DNA of 59,297 bases from assembly GCA_021737325.1 (NCBI GenBank), contig JAIPED010000002.1, forward strand, positions 1 to 59,297, written 5' to 3'. The notes below the pieces were generated by a model. The model searched no databases and was not told the DNA's origin. It was given only the letters and a program-made list of their open reading frames with translations. A program made the translations under genes and the position numbers. Of the stretch, positions 26,945 to 36,079 are shown in pieces. Positions within the stretch are counted from its first letter, which is position 1. Each line of letters opens with the position of its first letter. The DNA comes from Deltaproteobacteria bacterium (lineage in GTDB: Bacteria > Desulfobacterota > Syntrophia > Syntrophales > JAIPED01).

Positions 26945-29158
26945 TTAAAAGCGTTTATATCGTATCAGGAGCGAATTGGAAACAACGCTGAAAGAAGAGA
27001 AGCTCATCGCAATTGCCGCCAACATGGGGTTAAGCAAGAATCCAGTGAAGGGATAGAGTACCCCCGCTGCGATGGGTATTCCCAGTATATTATAACAAAA
27101 TGCCCAAAACAAATTTTGGCGAATTTTGCGGCGAATGTAAGCAGAAATATCTATTGCCACGGCTACATCTGTTATCTTGCTACGCATCAGAACAATGTCG
27201 CCAGTTTCAACGGCGATGTCCGTTCCCTCAGCCAGAGCGATGCCCAAATTCGCCTGCGCTAGTGCGGGCGCATCGTTAATCCCGTCACCAACGAATGCCA
27301 CTCTTAATCCCTTGGCTTGTAATTCCTTAACCAAAATAGCCTTGTTTGCGGGGAGCGTTTCGGCAAAGACTTCATCAATGCCAACCAAGCGAGCTATGCC
27401 TTGGGCGATTTCCTGCTTATCGCCGCTAACCATTGCTATCCGTTTACCCATTTGATGCAAATTGCCTATCGCTTCTTTTGCTTCTGCTCTGATTTCATCG
27501 CGTATTCCGAAGATGCCTAATAAAGCACCGTCGCATGCGAGATAAAGAGGGCTCTCTCCCGCACACAATAACGCTTCAACAGTGCCACGGGATTCGAGAG
27601 GAATGCTGCAGGAATTAGCCAGCAATAGCCGTTCGTTGCCCAGTAGCACCGTCTTTTCTTCACTATCCGTTCCGGTAATACCCATCCCTTCCCACTCGCG
27701 AAGCGTTGTAAGACTGGGCGAAACAAATCCCTTATCACCAGCGTAGGTAGCAATGGCCATCGCGAAGGGGTGTTTTGAGGTTGCGGCGAGGGAAAGAGCC
27801 TTCTCAGTAATATGCTTATCTGTAAGCCCGCCAAGGGGTAAAACTCGCGCCACGATTGGAATTCCCGTGGTTATCGTTCCTGTTTTATCAAACAAAACAA
27901 TGTCAATCTGCCGTGCGGTCTCCAAGACCGACACATTTTTTATTAAAATTCCCCGCTCGGAAGCCCTTCCCACCCCAACCATAATTGCTGTGGGCGTTGC
28001 CAGACCAAGAGAACAAGGGCAGGCAATGATTAAAACGGAGACCATTGTTGTAAGCGCAAACGGGAAATCGTATCCCGCAAACAGCCAGAAGGCAAAAACA
28101 CTCAGGGCGAGAGAGATGATGATGGGAACGAAGTAGAAGGAAACTTTGTCGGCCAAAACCTGTATGGGGGCCTTGGAGGCGAGGGCGTTATCGACAATTT
28201 TTATGATTCCTGCAAGCACGGTTTCCGCCCCTACCCGCCTTACGGCGAAGCGAAACGGACTTGTTTTATTGATCGTGCCGCCAACCACGGACTCTCCAAC
28301 GGCTTTGGCGATAGGAAGACTTTCTCCCGAAATCGCGCTCTCGTCAACCGTGGTTTGCCCTTCAATGACCACACCATCAATCGGAATTTTTTCCCCTGGA
28401 CGCACCAACAAGATATCTCCATAGCGGAGCTCCGCAACTGGTACCTCCACGAAGCCATCTCCCCGCAGGAGAGTGGCTGTTTTGGGTTGCAGCGCAAGAA
28501 GGTTCCTAATTGCTTCTCCCGCCCGACCTTTAGTTTTGGCTTCTAAAAATTTGCCCAAGGAAATGAAGACTAAAATGATACCCGCACTTTCAAAATATAC
28601 ATGCGCATTCTGATAGGCGGCGGGATGTACCCAGATAAAAATGCCCATAGTTAGACTATAAAGATAAGCGGCTACGGTGCCGATTTCCACGAGGCTATCC
28701 ATGTTGGGATTTCTGCTTAAGAGCTTTTTAAAGCCCGAAATATAGAGGTTCGCGTTAACCAACATGATGGCCGTGGTTAGCAATAGTTGCAGGATGATAT
28801 TGGTGCGTAAGGTAACGGAAGGCAAAGGCAGGTGGAGCATTTCGCCCATCGCCAGGTAAAATAACGGAGCTCCCAGGAGGAGGGAAAGGAGAAAGCGCTG
28901 TTTTAGATAGCCTATTTCATCTTCACTGTGCGTAGTGGCTGTATCTGTCGCATCGCCAACATCAAAGCCCTTTCCTCTGATAATTTTAGCGATTCCGTCA
29001 AAAGTAATTAAGTTACTGTCAAATTCAACGGTTGCCTTAGCGGATGCAAGGTTTATCCTCGCCGTTAGAACGCCCTGTGTTTGGTTTAGCGCCGCTTCCA
29101 AGCGTGCTGAACAGGAGGCTCAGGTCATTCCCCGTATGATTATTTCTCTCTTATCCAT
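26945..29158 (-). CDS. copA: Cu(I)/Ag(I)-type P1B heavy-metal ATPase with selenocysteine in the N-terminal HMA motif (GMT-U-ASC)
   Basis: [12 protein letters not shown] is followed by an in-frame TGA (29122..29120), then [17 protein letters not shown] continuing into the 718-aa track ORF. Motifs present: [22 protein letters not shown]-x4-P and MSFSS. An alternative start is ATG 29170. A SECIS-like hairpin lies 11 nt after the TGA. Confidence 0.85.
29088..29108 (-). promoter_or_regulatory. SECIS-like stem-loop for copA
   Basis: Minus strand AGCACGC-UUGGAA-GCGGCGCU gives a 5-bp stem with a bulged A. It begins 11 nt 3' of the UGA. Confidence 0.5.
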
Positions 29159-29211
29159 GCATCCTCCCATTGTAACTGCTATCCATAGAAATGGCGAAAA
29201 AGCAACAGCAG

Positions 29212-29237
29212 CTACGGAGAAGTTTCCTTCTCCGTAG
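29212..29237. terminator. Perfect 26-nt palindrome CTACGGAGAAG-TTTC-CTTCTCCGTAG between the hcp stop and the copA start
   Basis: 11-bp perfect stem with a 4-nt loop. On the minus strand it is followed by CTGCTGTTGCTTTTTC. It is either the hcp terminator or an operator for copA. Confidence 0.5.
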
Positions 29238-29252
29238 TACCTTAAGAGCAAG

Positions 29253-30887
29253 CTACTTGGTTGCCAGAATGTCGTTGAGATCTTTCTCGGCGCTGGTGAT
29301 AGGCTGTATCGCGAAGTTTTCCACCAACACATTCAGGATGTTGGGGGTAATAAAGGCCGGGAGGGAGGGTCCCAAACGGATGTTCTTTATTCCCAAATGA
29401 AGCAGGGTAAGCAACACGGCAACCGCCTTTTGTTCGTACCAAGAAATTATCAAGGATAGGGGGAGCTCATTTACTCCCACACCAAAGGCTTGCGAAAGAG
29501 CCAATGCGATGCGTATTGCCGAATATGAATCGTTGCATTGTCCAACATCCAGCAGACGGGGTATTTCGCCGATTTTCCCCAGATTTTTATCAAAGAACTT
29601 GAACTTACCACATCCCAGGGTGAGAATAATGGTGTCCGGCGGGGTTTTTTCAACAAACTCACTGAAGTAGTTACGCGAAGATTTTGCCCCATCGCAACCG
29701 CCAACCAGGAAGAAATGCTTTATCTGTCCCGATTTCACCATGTCGATAATGGTGCCTGCAATGGATAAAACCGTGTTGTGCCCAAAACCCGTTAGCACCG
29801 TGCCAGCATCTGTGTCCTCGCTAAATCCAGGGAGCTCATTGGCCCGCTTAATCACGGCGGAAAAATCGTTTTCTACGATATGGGGAATGTTGGGAAAACC
29901 CACACAACCGCAGGTAAAGATGTTATCTCTGTAAGATTCTTCAGGTTTTTGCAGACAGTTCGTCGTCATTAAAATGGCACCGGGAAAGTGGGCGAATTCT
30001 TTTTGCTGGTTTTGCCATGCGGTTCCGTAGTGGCCATAAAAATGCGAATACTTTTTTAGCTCAGGATACGCGTGGGTTGGCAACATCTCCCCATGGGTGT
30101 AGATGGTGATTCCCTTGCCTGCAGTTTGCTTTAGCAACTCCGCCAGGTCCTTAAGATCGTGCCCGGAAACCAAAATGGCCTTTCCTTTTTTCGCGCCCAG
30201 AGGAACAGAGGTGATAACGGGATTGCCGTAGGCGGATGTGTTTCCCGTATCCAACAATTCCATGGCCTTGAGGTTAATCTCTCCACAGCGCAAAACCAAG
30301 GTCAGAAGCTCGCCAACCCCAATATCTTTGCGTTCCGTTGCGCAAAGTGCCTCAAAAATGAAATTATAGATGCCTTCATCCTCTTTGCCCAAGATTCTTG
30401 CGTGGTTAGCATACGCGGCAACTCCCTTTAAACCGTAGATTAACAACTCCCGCAAGGATACTAAGTCAGGCTCTAACAAAGGATTATCCTTTATGCCAAA
30501 GCGAGAGCCTTCCGCGACAAGCTCGGAGAGTGTTGCCTTGGCGGTTATCGTAATGGTGCCATTGCCGTAGCTTTTGTCCCCCGCGCTTAAGATTGCTTTT
30601 TCCATTTCTTCGCGGAACTTCGCGGATCGTTTGTTGAAAGCAACAAAACGGTTAGCGTCAAAATTGACATTCGTCAGCGTGGAAAAAAGTGCTTCCAAGA
30701 CAAAGGCCTGCAATTCTGGGGAAGGCTTTATGTGCCATTGGCGGCCAGTAACGACGGCTTCCGACAGTGTTTTCAACGATTTGATTAACAGATCCTGTAG
30801 CGCCGCGATATCTGGCTCTTTACCGCACACTCCAATTTTTGTGCACCCTTGCCCTTTTGCTGTTTGCTCGCATTGATAACAAAACAT
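29253..30887 (-). CDS. hcp: Hydroxylamine reductase / hybrid-cluster protein
   Basis: N-terminal MFCYQCEQTAKGQGCTKIGVCGK; about 544 aa. The track ORF starts 8 codons earlier, at a GTG. Confidence 0.92.
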   Translation of the reverse strand: MFCYQCEQTAKGQGCTKIGVCGKEPDIAALQDLLIKSLKTLSEAVVTGRQWHIKPSPELQAFVLEALFSTLTNVNFDANRFVAFNKRSAKFREEMEKAILSAGDKSYGNGTITITAKATLSELVAEGSRFGIKDNPLLEPDLVSLRELLIYGLKGVAAYANHARILGKEDEGIYNFIFEALCATERKDIGVGELLTLVLRCGEINLKAMELLDTGNTSAYGNPVITSVPLGAKKGKAILVSGHDLKDLAELLKQTAGKGITIYTHGEMLPTHAYPELKKYSHFYGHYGTAWQNQQKEFAHFPGAILMTTNCLQKPEESYRDNIFTCGCVGFPNIPHIVENDFSAVIKRANELPGFSEDTDAGTVLTGFGHNTVLSIAGTIIDMVKSGQIKHFFLVGGCDGAKSSRNYFSEFVEKTPPDTIILTLGCGKFKFFDKNLGKIGEIPRLLDVGQCNDSYSAIRIALALSQAFGVGVNELPLSLIISWYEQKAVAVLLTLLHLGIKNIRLGPSLPAFITPNILNVLVENFAIQPITSAEKDLNDILATK

Positions 30888-30952
30888 CTTTTTCCATTCC
30901 TCCCTTTTCACTTTGATGACATGGGCTTTAATGCTTGCGGACCAAAGGTTCC

Positions 30953-30966
30953 TTGATTTATGTCAA
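30953..30966. promoter_or_regulatory. CRP/FNR-type box TTGAT-TTAT-GTCAA in the hcp/hcpR divergent region
   Basis: 9 of 10 match to TTGAT-N4-ATCAA, centred about 73 nt upstream of the hcp ATG. Confidence 0.55.
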
Positions 30967-31001
30967 ATGATACTCTTTTTAAAAAGTGGGAGGTCTTAAG
31001 C

Positions 31002-31670
31002 ATGGAAAACGAGCAGGCTCTTCGGGCACTAACGCTTTTTGAAGATTTATCTGATGAGATGTTGGTGGAGGTTGATTCCATCACCATCAGGAAAAAGGTG
31101 TGCAAGGGCGAGAGCATTTTTTTCGCAGGACAGGAGGGCGATCGTTTTTACGGCATTGCTAATGGTAGCGTAAAAATATTTAAACTCTCCGCCGAAGGCA
31201 ACGAACAGATCTTGCATATTTTTGGCGAAGGCGAGATTTTTGCGGAGGTTGCCGTTTTTGCGGGTAGCACCTTTCCCGCCAACGCTCGGGCTTTGGAGGC
31301 AAGCGAATTGCTCATCTTCAGGCGCGATCTGTTCATCGCTTTGCTATCAAAGAACGCGGATCTTGCACTAAAAATGCTTGGCATTCTTTCGGCACGACTG
31401 CGCATAATGGCGTTTCTTGTTGAGAGCATTTCCCTTAAAAGCGTCTCTGGGAGGGTGTCATCTTATTTGCTCGGTGTTGATCATAAAGAACGGAACTGGT
31501 TTCCTCTTACCGCTAGCAAGGGAGATTTGGCACGGATGTTGGGTACAATTCCTGAGACATTTTCGCGGAGCCTGCGACGCTTGCAAGAGCAGGGCATTAT
31601 TGAAGTTGCGGGGAAAAAAGTGCGGATAGTTGATTATAATGCCCTGGGGGAGATAGCGAAAATAGAATAA
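31002..31670 (+). CDS. hcpR: Crp/Fnr-family transcriptional regulator (HcpR-like)
   Basis: cNMP-binding-like N-domain and a C-terminal HTH (GDLARMLGTIPETFSRSLRRLQEQG). The start is taken at MENEQ, 8 nt after GGGAGG. Confidence 0.8.
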   Translation: MENEQALRALTLFEDLSDEMLVEVDSITIRKKVCKGESIFFAGQEGDRFYGIANGSVKIFKLSAEGNEQILHIFGEGEIFAEVAVFAGSTFPANARALEASELLIFRRDLFIALLSKNADLALKMLGILSARLRIMAFLVESISLKSVSGRVSSYLLGVDHKERNWFPLTASKGDLARMLGTIPETFSRSLRRLQEQGIIEVAGKKVRIVDYNALGEIAKIE

Positions 31671-31796
31671 TAGTTTGCGCGACATCTAGCGCACTGGCAA
31701 TGATGCCACTTCTACAGCGGTGGAAGATAAGTAAGTTTTAACTTTACAAGAAATAACCGTTCTTGCTTATAGGAAAAATTCAAGGAGGATTGCAAG

Positions 31797-32786
31797 ATGA
31801 AGAAAATATACGATGCTGTTGTGGTAGGTGCTGGTCCTGGGGGGTTAACGGCCGCCCTGTATACGGCCCGAGCAGGTATGGAAACACTTGTTATTGAGGG
31901 AGAATCTAGCACTTCACAAGTAACGATTACCGACATGATTGAAAACTACCCTGGTTTTCCCGAGGGGATAAGTGGGTATGATTTGTTGGATAGGTTCAAA
32001 AAGCAGGTGCTTGCCCTTGGTGTAAAAGTAGTTGTGCAAGATGTGCGAGCGCTAGTTCGTGCCAAGCAAGAGGGACAGGATATCTGGGAAATTGCTGTTG
32101 CCGAAGGTGAGCCGTTTTTAGCCCATACGGTGATAGCCGCGACGGGAACATCCTGGCGGCGTTTGAATGTGGCTGGCGAGGAAGAATTTATTGGTAGGGG
32201 GGTTTCTTTTTGTGCGACCTGCGATGGTCCTCTGTATCGTGCGAAGGAAGTGATTGTCGTTGGCGGCGGATCTGCCGCCGTCCAAGAGGCGCTCTTTCTG
32301 ACCAACTTCGCGAATAAAGTTACCCTGGTGCATCGTCGAGCGGAGCTTCGTGCCGACAAAATTCTGCAGCAAAGGGCATTCGATAACGGCAAGATAGATT
32401 TTGTGTGGAACGCGGTCATCGAAGAAATTCAAGGGGAAAAAACGGTAAGCGGTGTTATTGTTAAGGATGTTCATAGCGGTGAGTTACGCCGCATTGCCAC
32501 CAACGGTATTTTTGTTTTTATCGGCTCTGTTCCCAACACGGAAATGTTTAAGAATGTTCTCCAACGCTCCGCCAGTGGTGCTCTTGTTGTTGATCGCAAT
32601 ATGGCAACATCGGCGGCGGGAGTTTTTGCCTGCGGTGATTGTGTAGACAAAGATTTCCGCCAGGTTGTTAACGCTTGTGGCGAAGGTGCCGTCGCTGCAA
32701 ATGCGGCGTACCATTTTGCCGATGGTCTATCGCGCTCAATTCCTCAAAAGGCTAGGCACACATGTGTGCAAGGAAGGGGAAAATGA
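31797..32786 (+). CDS. trxB: Thioredoxin-disulfide reductase
   Basis: GAGPGG, redox-active CATCDG and a second Rossmann motif VVGGGSAAVQEA. Confidence 0.88.
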   Translation: MKKIYDAVVVGAGPGGLTAALYTARAGMETLVIEGESSTSQVTITDMIENYPGFPEGISGYDLLDRFKKQVLALGVKVVVQDVRALVRAKQEGQDIWEIAVAEGEPFLAHTVIAATGTSWRRLNVAGEEEFIGRGVSFCATCDGPLYRAKEVIVVGGGSAAVQEALFLTNFANKVTLVHRRAELRADKILQQRAFDNGKIDFVWNAVIEEIQGEKTVSGVIVKDVHSGELRRIATNGIFVFIGSVPNTEMFKNVLQRSASGALVVDRNMATSAAGVFACGDCVDKDFRQVVNACGEGAVAANAAYHFADGLSRSIPQKARHTCVQGRGK

Positions 32787-33592
32787 TGAATTTTTATAAG
32801 TTAAGCGGGAGCGGTAACGATTTTATCGTTATTGATAACATGGATGGCACACTGGATGGCAACGACTGGAGTTTTTGGGCGAAGCAACTTTGTCGGCGCA
32901 GGATAGCAGTTGGCGCTGATGGATTAATAGTGATTGTCCCCTCATCTGTTGCTGATTTCAAATGGCTTTTTTACAACGCTGATGGTTCAAGCGCGGATAT
33001 GTGTGGCAATGGTGGTAGATGTGCGGCGCTGTTTGCTCATACCCAAGGAATTGCTGGTAAAAAAATGTCGTTTGAAACTGGTGTGGGTATAATCACCGCG
33101 GAGGTAGTAGATGCGGAAGTTGTAAAAATTAAACTTACACCACCGCATTCTTTTAGAGAAGATATCCCCATTACCCTCGGGGGAAAAACCATCTTAGTCA
33201 ACTTTGTCAATACAGGTGTGCCCCACGCTGTTTGCTTTGAAGAAGCGCTTACCGAATGTGATGTTGTCGGGCTGGGCAGAGCTATTAGGACGCACGAAAC
33301 CTTTGCTCCAGCAGGGACCAACGCCAACTTCATCAGAGTGGAGAAGGGTTTTATTCATCTCCGAACCTACGAAAGAGGGGTGGAAGATGAAACCCTTGCT
33401 TGCGGAACAGGTGCTGTTGCGTCATCTGTCGTTGCCATCCGTAAAGGGCTTGCTATTTCTCCGGTAAGCGTAGGGGTGCGCAGTGGAGAGATTTTGCGGG
33501 TGCACTATGAAGAGAGCACTTCCGAAATATACCTTGAGGGAGGCGCTGTTTTCGTTTATAAAGGAGAGCCTTTTGAAGGTGCGTTGCGTTAA
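32783..33592 (+). CDS. dapF: Diaminopimelate epimerase
   Basis: SGSGNDFIVID, with catalytic Cys contexts MCGNGGRC and ACGTGAVAS. Confidence 0.9.
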   Translation: MMNFYKLSGSGNDFIVIDNMDGTLDGNDWSFWAKQLCRRRIAVGADGLIVIVPSSVADFKWLFYNADGSSADMCGNGGRCAALFAHTQGIAGKKMSFETGVGIITAEVVDAEVVKIKLTPPHSFREDIPITLGGKTILVNFVNTGVPHAVCFEEALTECDVVGLGRAIRTHETFAPAGTNANFIRVEKGFIHLRTYERGVEDETLACGTGAVASSVVAIRKGLAISPVSVGVRSGEILRVHYEESTSEIYLEGGAVFVYKGEPFEGALR

Positions 33593-33647
33593 TCAGCTAC
33601 GGTGCGAGCCGCTATTTAGCCTCAAATTTAAGGATGGATGATTACAA

Positions 33648-34814
33648 ATGCAGATTGCAGATCGTTTAAGCAAAATCCCGCCGTATCTGTTTATGGAGTT
33701 ACGAAAAAAAATCAACAAGGCCAAGGCGGATGGCATTGATGTTATTAGCCTCGCCATTGGGGATCCTGTGGAAGCGACGCCCACAAGAGTTGTTGAGGAG
33801 CTTGCCAAGGAGGCGAAGAAGGCGGAAAACCACCGCTATCCCACCGATGAAGAGAAAGGGATGCTGGCTTTTCGTACCGAGGTCGCCAGGTGGTATAAGC
33901 GGCGTTATGGGGTAACGGTTGATCCTCAAGGAGAAGTTCTCGGGCTTATCGGCTCCAAAGAGGGCTGTCATCACTTTGTTCTTGCTTGTATAAATCCCAT
34001 GGATACGGTCTTAATGACAGATCCTGGATATCCTGCCTATCGTTCCAGTATTTTACTAGGGGGGGCAGAGCCTTACAATGTGCCAATTCTATTGAAGAAT
34101 AACTTTTTACCCATTCTATCCGATATTCCCACGGAAATAGCCAAAAAGGCTACCGGGATTTTTTTGAACTACCCCAACAACCCGACGGGTGCCTGTGCGA
34201 CAAAAGAGTTTTTTGCTGATTTGGTGCGCTTCGCTAAGGATTTTGACATTACGGTTTGTTGCGATAATCCGTATTCTGAAATTGTTTTTGCCGACCAGGA
34301 ACGGCTGAGCTTCCTTTCCGCCGAAGGGGCAAAAGATGTGGGGGTGGAACTAAACTCTCTCTCTAAGCCTTTCAACATGACCGGCTGGCGCATCGGCATG
34401 GCGTTGGGCAACGCGGATATCATTGCGGCGATGAGCAAGGTTAAAGAAAACACGGATTCAGGCGTTTTTAATCCGATACAATTAGCGGCGATACACGCCC
34501 TCCAGCATGAGGAGGGTACAACCAAAGAGATGCTTTCCATTTATCAAAGGCGGCGCGAACTTGTTTTAGCAACACTGAAATCTATCGGAATAGATTTCAA
34601 CCCTCCTCAGGGGACTTTCTACCTCTGGGTGCCAACACCAAATGGTGTCAGTGCCATTGATTTTACCAATAGACTATTTGATAAGACAGCCGTTGTGGTG
34701 GCGGCTGGAACTGCCTACGGGCAATATGGAGAAGGTTACATCAGGATATCGTTAACCGTTTCCGATGATAGGCTAACGGAAGCGATGCAACGCATAAAAA
34801 AAGAATTTGCATAG
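33648..34814 (+). CDS. dapL: LL-diaminopimelate aminotransferase
   Basis: N-terminus IPPYLFMELRKK and PLP-lysine motif SLSKPFNMTGWRIG; adjacent to dapF. Confidence 0.8.
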   Translation: MQIADRLSKIPPYLFMELRKKINKAKADGIDVISLAIGDPVEATPTRVVEELAKEAKKAENHRYPTDEEKGMLAFRTEVARWYKRRYGVTVDPQGEVLGLIGSKEGCHHFVLACINPMDTVLMTDPGYPAYRSSILLGGAEPYNVPILLKNNFLPILSDIPTEIAKKATGIFLNYPNNPTGACATKEFFADLVRFAKDFDITVCCDNPYSEIVFADQERLSFLSAEGAKDVGVELNSLSKPFNMTGWRIGMALGNADIIAAMSKVKENTDSGVFNPIQLAAIHALQHEEGTTKEMLSIYQRRRELVLATLKSIGIDFNPPQGTFYLWVPTPNGVSAIDFTNRLFDKTAVVVAAGTAYGQYGEGYIRISLTVSDDRLTEAMQRIKKEFA

Positions 34815-34830
34815 AAGGAGGAGTTTTTCC

Positions 34831-36030
34831 TTGACTAAAATGAACACACCCAGCGCCAGATTATCGCCGTCCTCAAAAGGAACAAACCAGGGTAGGACAT
34901 CTCCACGATTAAAGATCCTTATCGCACTACTGATTGCCATATTAATGCTCACAAGTATCGCGCAATTCATTATTATCATTAAAGGCTATAATGACCGCAA
35001 AGAGATGCTGGCTTTATTGGCAAACACCAGTATGGAGATGGACAAGATCGCTACCGTCATTTCCTCGGGGAAGGGAGGTGCTAACGAAGCCCTCTTAAAG
35101 ATGAAGGCGGAACTTGATAGCTACATAGCCGTTAATAGGCAGGGTGAGGGAAAAACATCCGCTGTTGCTCTTCTTCCGCGGGAGGTTAATGTGCGTAAGA
35201 GCGTTGCTCCGATAGTCTGGGGGAACAAGGGAGAGCATGTTCTTTTGGTGGAAAAGGAAAAAAGCGAGCTTCACCTCTTCCGATTTGAGGAAAGCGGCAC
35301 CACTTTGCTCAAAACATATCCTTGTGTCGTGGGAGAGAATAAGCAGGATAAACAAAGAGAAGGCGATATGGCCACTCCTGTCGGTGTTTATTTCTTAGAT
35401 TCCCACATTCCTGATAAAGATTTGGCGGAATTGTACGGCGCGGGAGCCTATGTTATGAACTATCCGAGTCTGCTTGATCACAAAAAAGGCAAGCAGGGTT
35501 CAGGTATCTGGTTACATGGCCATCCCCGTGACCAAAAACTCGGGGAAGATAAAACTTCCACCAGGGGTTGTGTCGTTGTTCGTAACGAGGACCTGTTGGA
35601 CCTGAAAGACAAGATTCGGTTAGCGCACACACCGATTGTGATTACCGAGAAGATGCAGACCGTTGGGACACAGCAGAACGAACAGAATAGGGATGCGGTG
35701 CTGGCCTTTCTGCAAGAGTGGCGCTTGGCGTGGGAAAGCAAGGATGTGTCAAAGTTTGTCAGCTTGTATTCACCTGCTTTTATAAACAACCAGGGCATGG
35801 ATTTAAAAGCGTTCAAAGCGCAAAAAGAACAGGTTGCCAAAGGCAAGAAATATATCAAGGTAATGGCAAGCGATGTTTTTATCCTAACCACAGGACTTGG
35901 CGAAGGGGTTTTTGTTGTGAAGTTTTTGCAAGACTACCGCTCCGATAATTACGCCTCAAAATCCAATAAACTTTTATACATCAAGAAAACGGAGAGCGGC
36001 TTCGTTGTTGTTGGTGAGTCTTCTTATTAA
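34831..36030 (+). CDS. L,D-transpeptidase (YkuD) family protein with an N-terminal membrane anchor
   Basis: GIWLHGHP...STRGCVVV catalytic His/Cys motif. The start is uncertain: TTG 34831 (9 nt after GGAGG), ATG 34840, or the track start 34807. Confidence 0.75.
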   Translation: MTKMNTPSARLSPSSKGTNQGRTSPRLKILIALLIAILMLTSIAQFIIIIKGYNDRKEMLALLANTSMEMDKIATVISSGKGGANEALLKMKAELDSYIAVNRQGEGKTSAVALLPREVNVRKSVAPIVWGNKGEHVLLVEKEKSELHLFRFEESGTTLLKTYPCVVGENKQDKQREGDMATPVGVYFLDSHIPDKDLAELYGAGAYVMNYPSLLDHKKGKQGSGIWLHGHPRDQKLGEDKTSTRGCVVVRNEDLLDLKDKIRLAHTPIVITEKMQTVGTQQNEQNRDAVLAFLQEWRLAWESKDVSKFVSLYSPAFINNQGMDLKAFKAQKEQVAKGKKYIKVMASDVFILTTGLGEGVFVVKFLQDYRSDNYASKSNKLLYIKKTESGFVVVGESSY

Positions 36031-36041
36031 AATGGTACCGG

Positions 36042-36070
36042 CGGGGATAACGGCTAATGTTATCCCCGCG
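36042..36070 (+). terminator. Strong hairpin GCGGGGATAAC-GGCTAAT-GTTATCCCCGC
   Basis: 11-bp perfect stem, 12 nt after the ldt stop and 9 nt before the next ATG. The following T-run is weak and displaced. Confidence 0.45.
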
Positions 36071-36079
36071 TAAAATTTT

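Noticed and set aside
29159-29332. The upstream part of track ORF 29120..29332 (MCWWKTSRYSLSPAPRK...) as an N-terminal extension of copA.
   Set aside because: It overlaps the 3' end of hcp and the 26-nt palindrome, and it has no HMA-like sequence. The internal ATGs at 29170 and 29158, next to GGGAGGA, are far more plausible starts.
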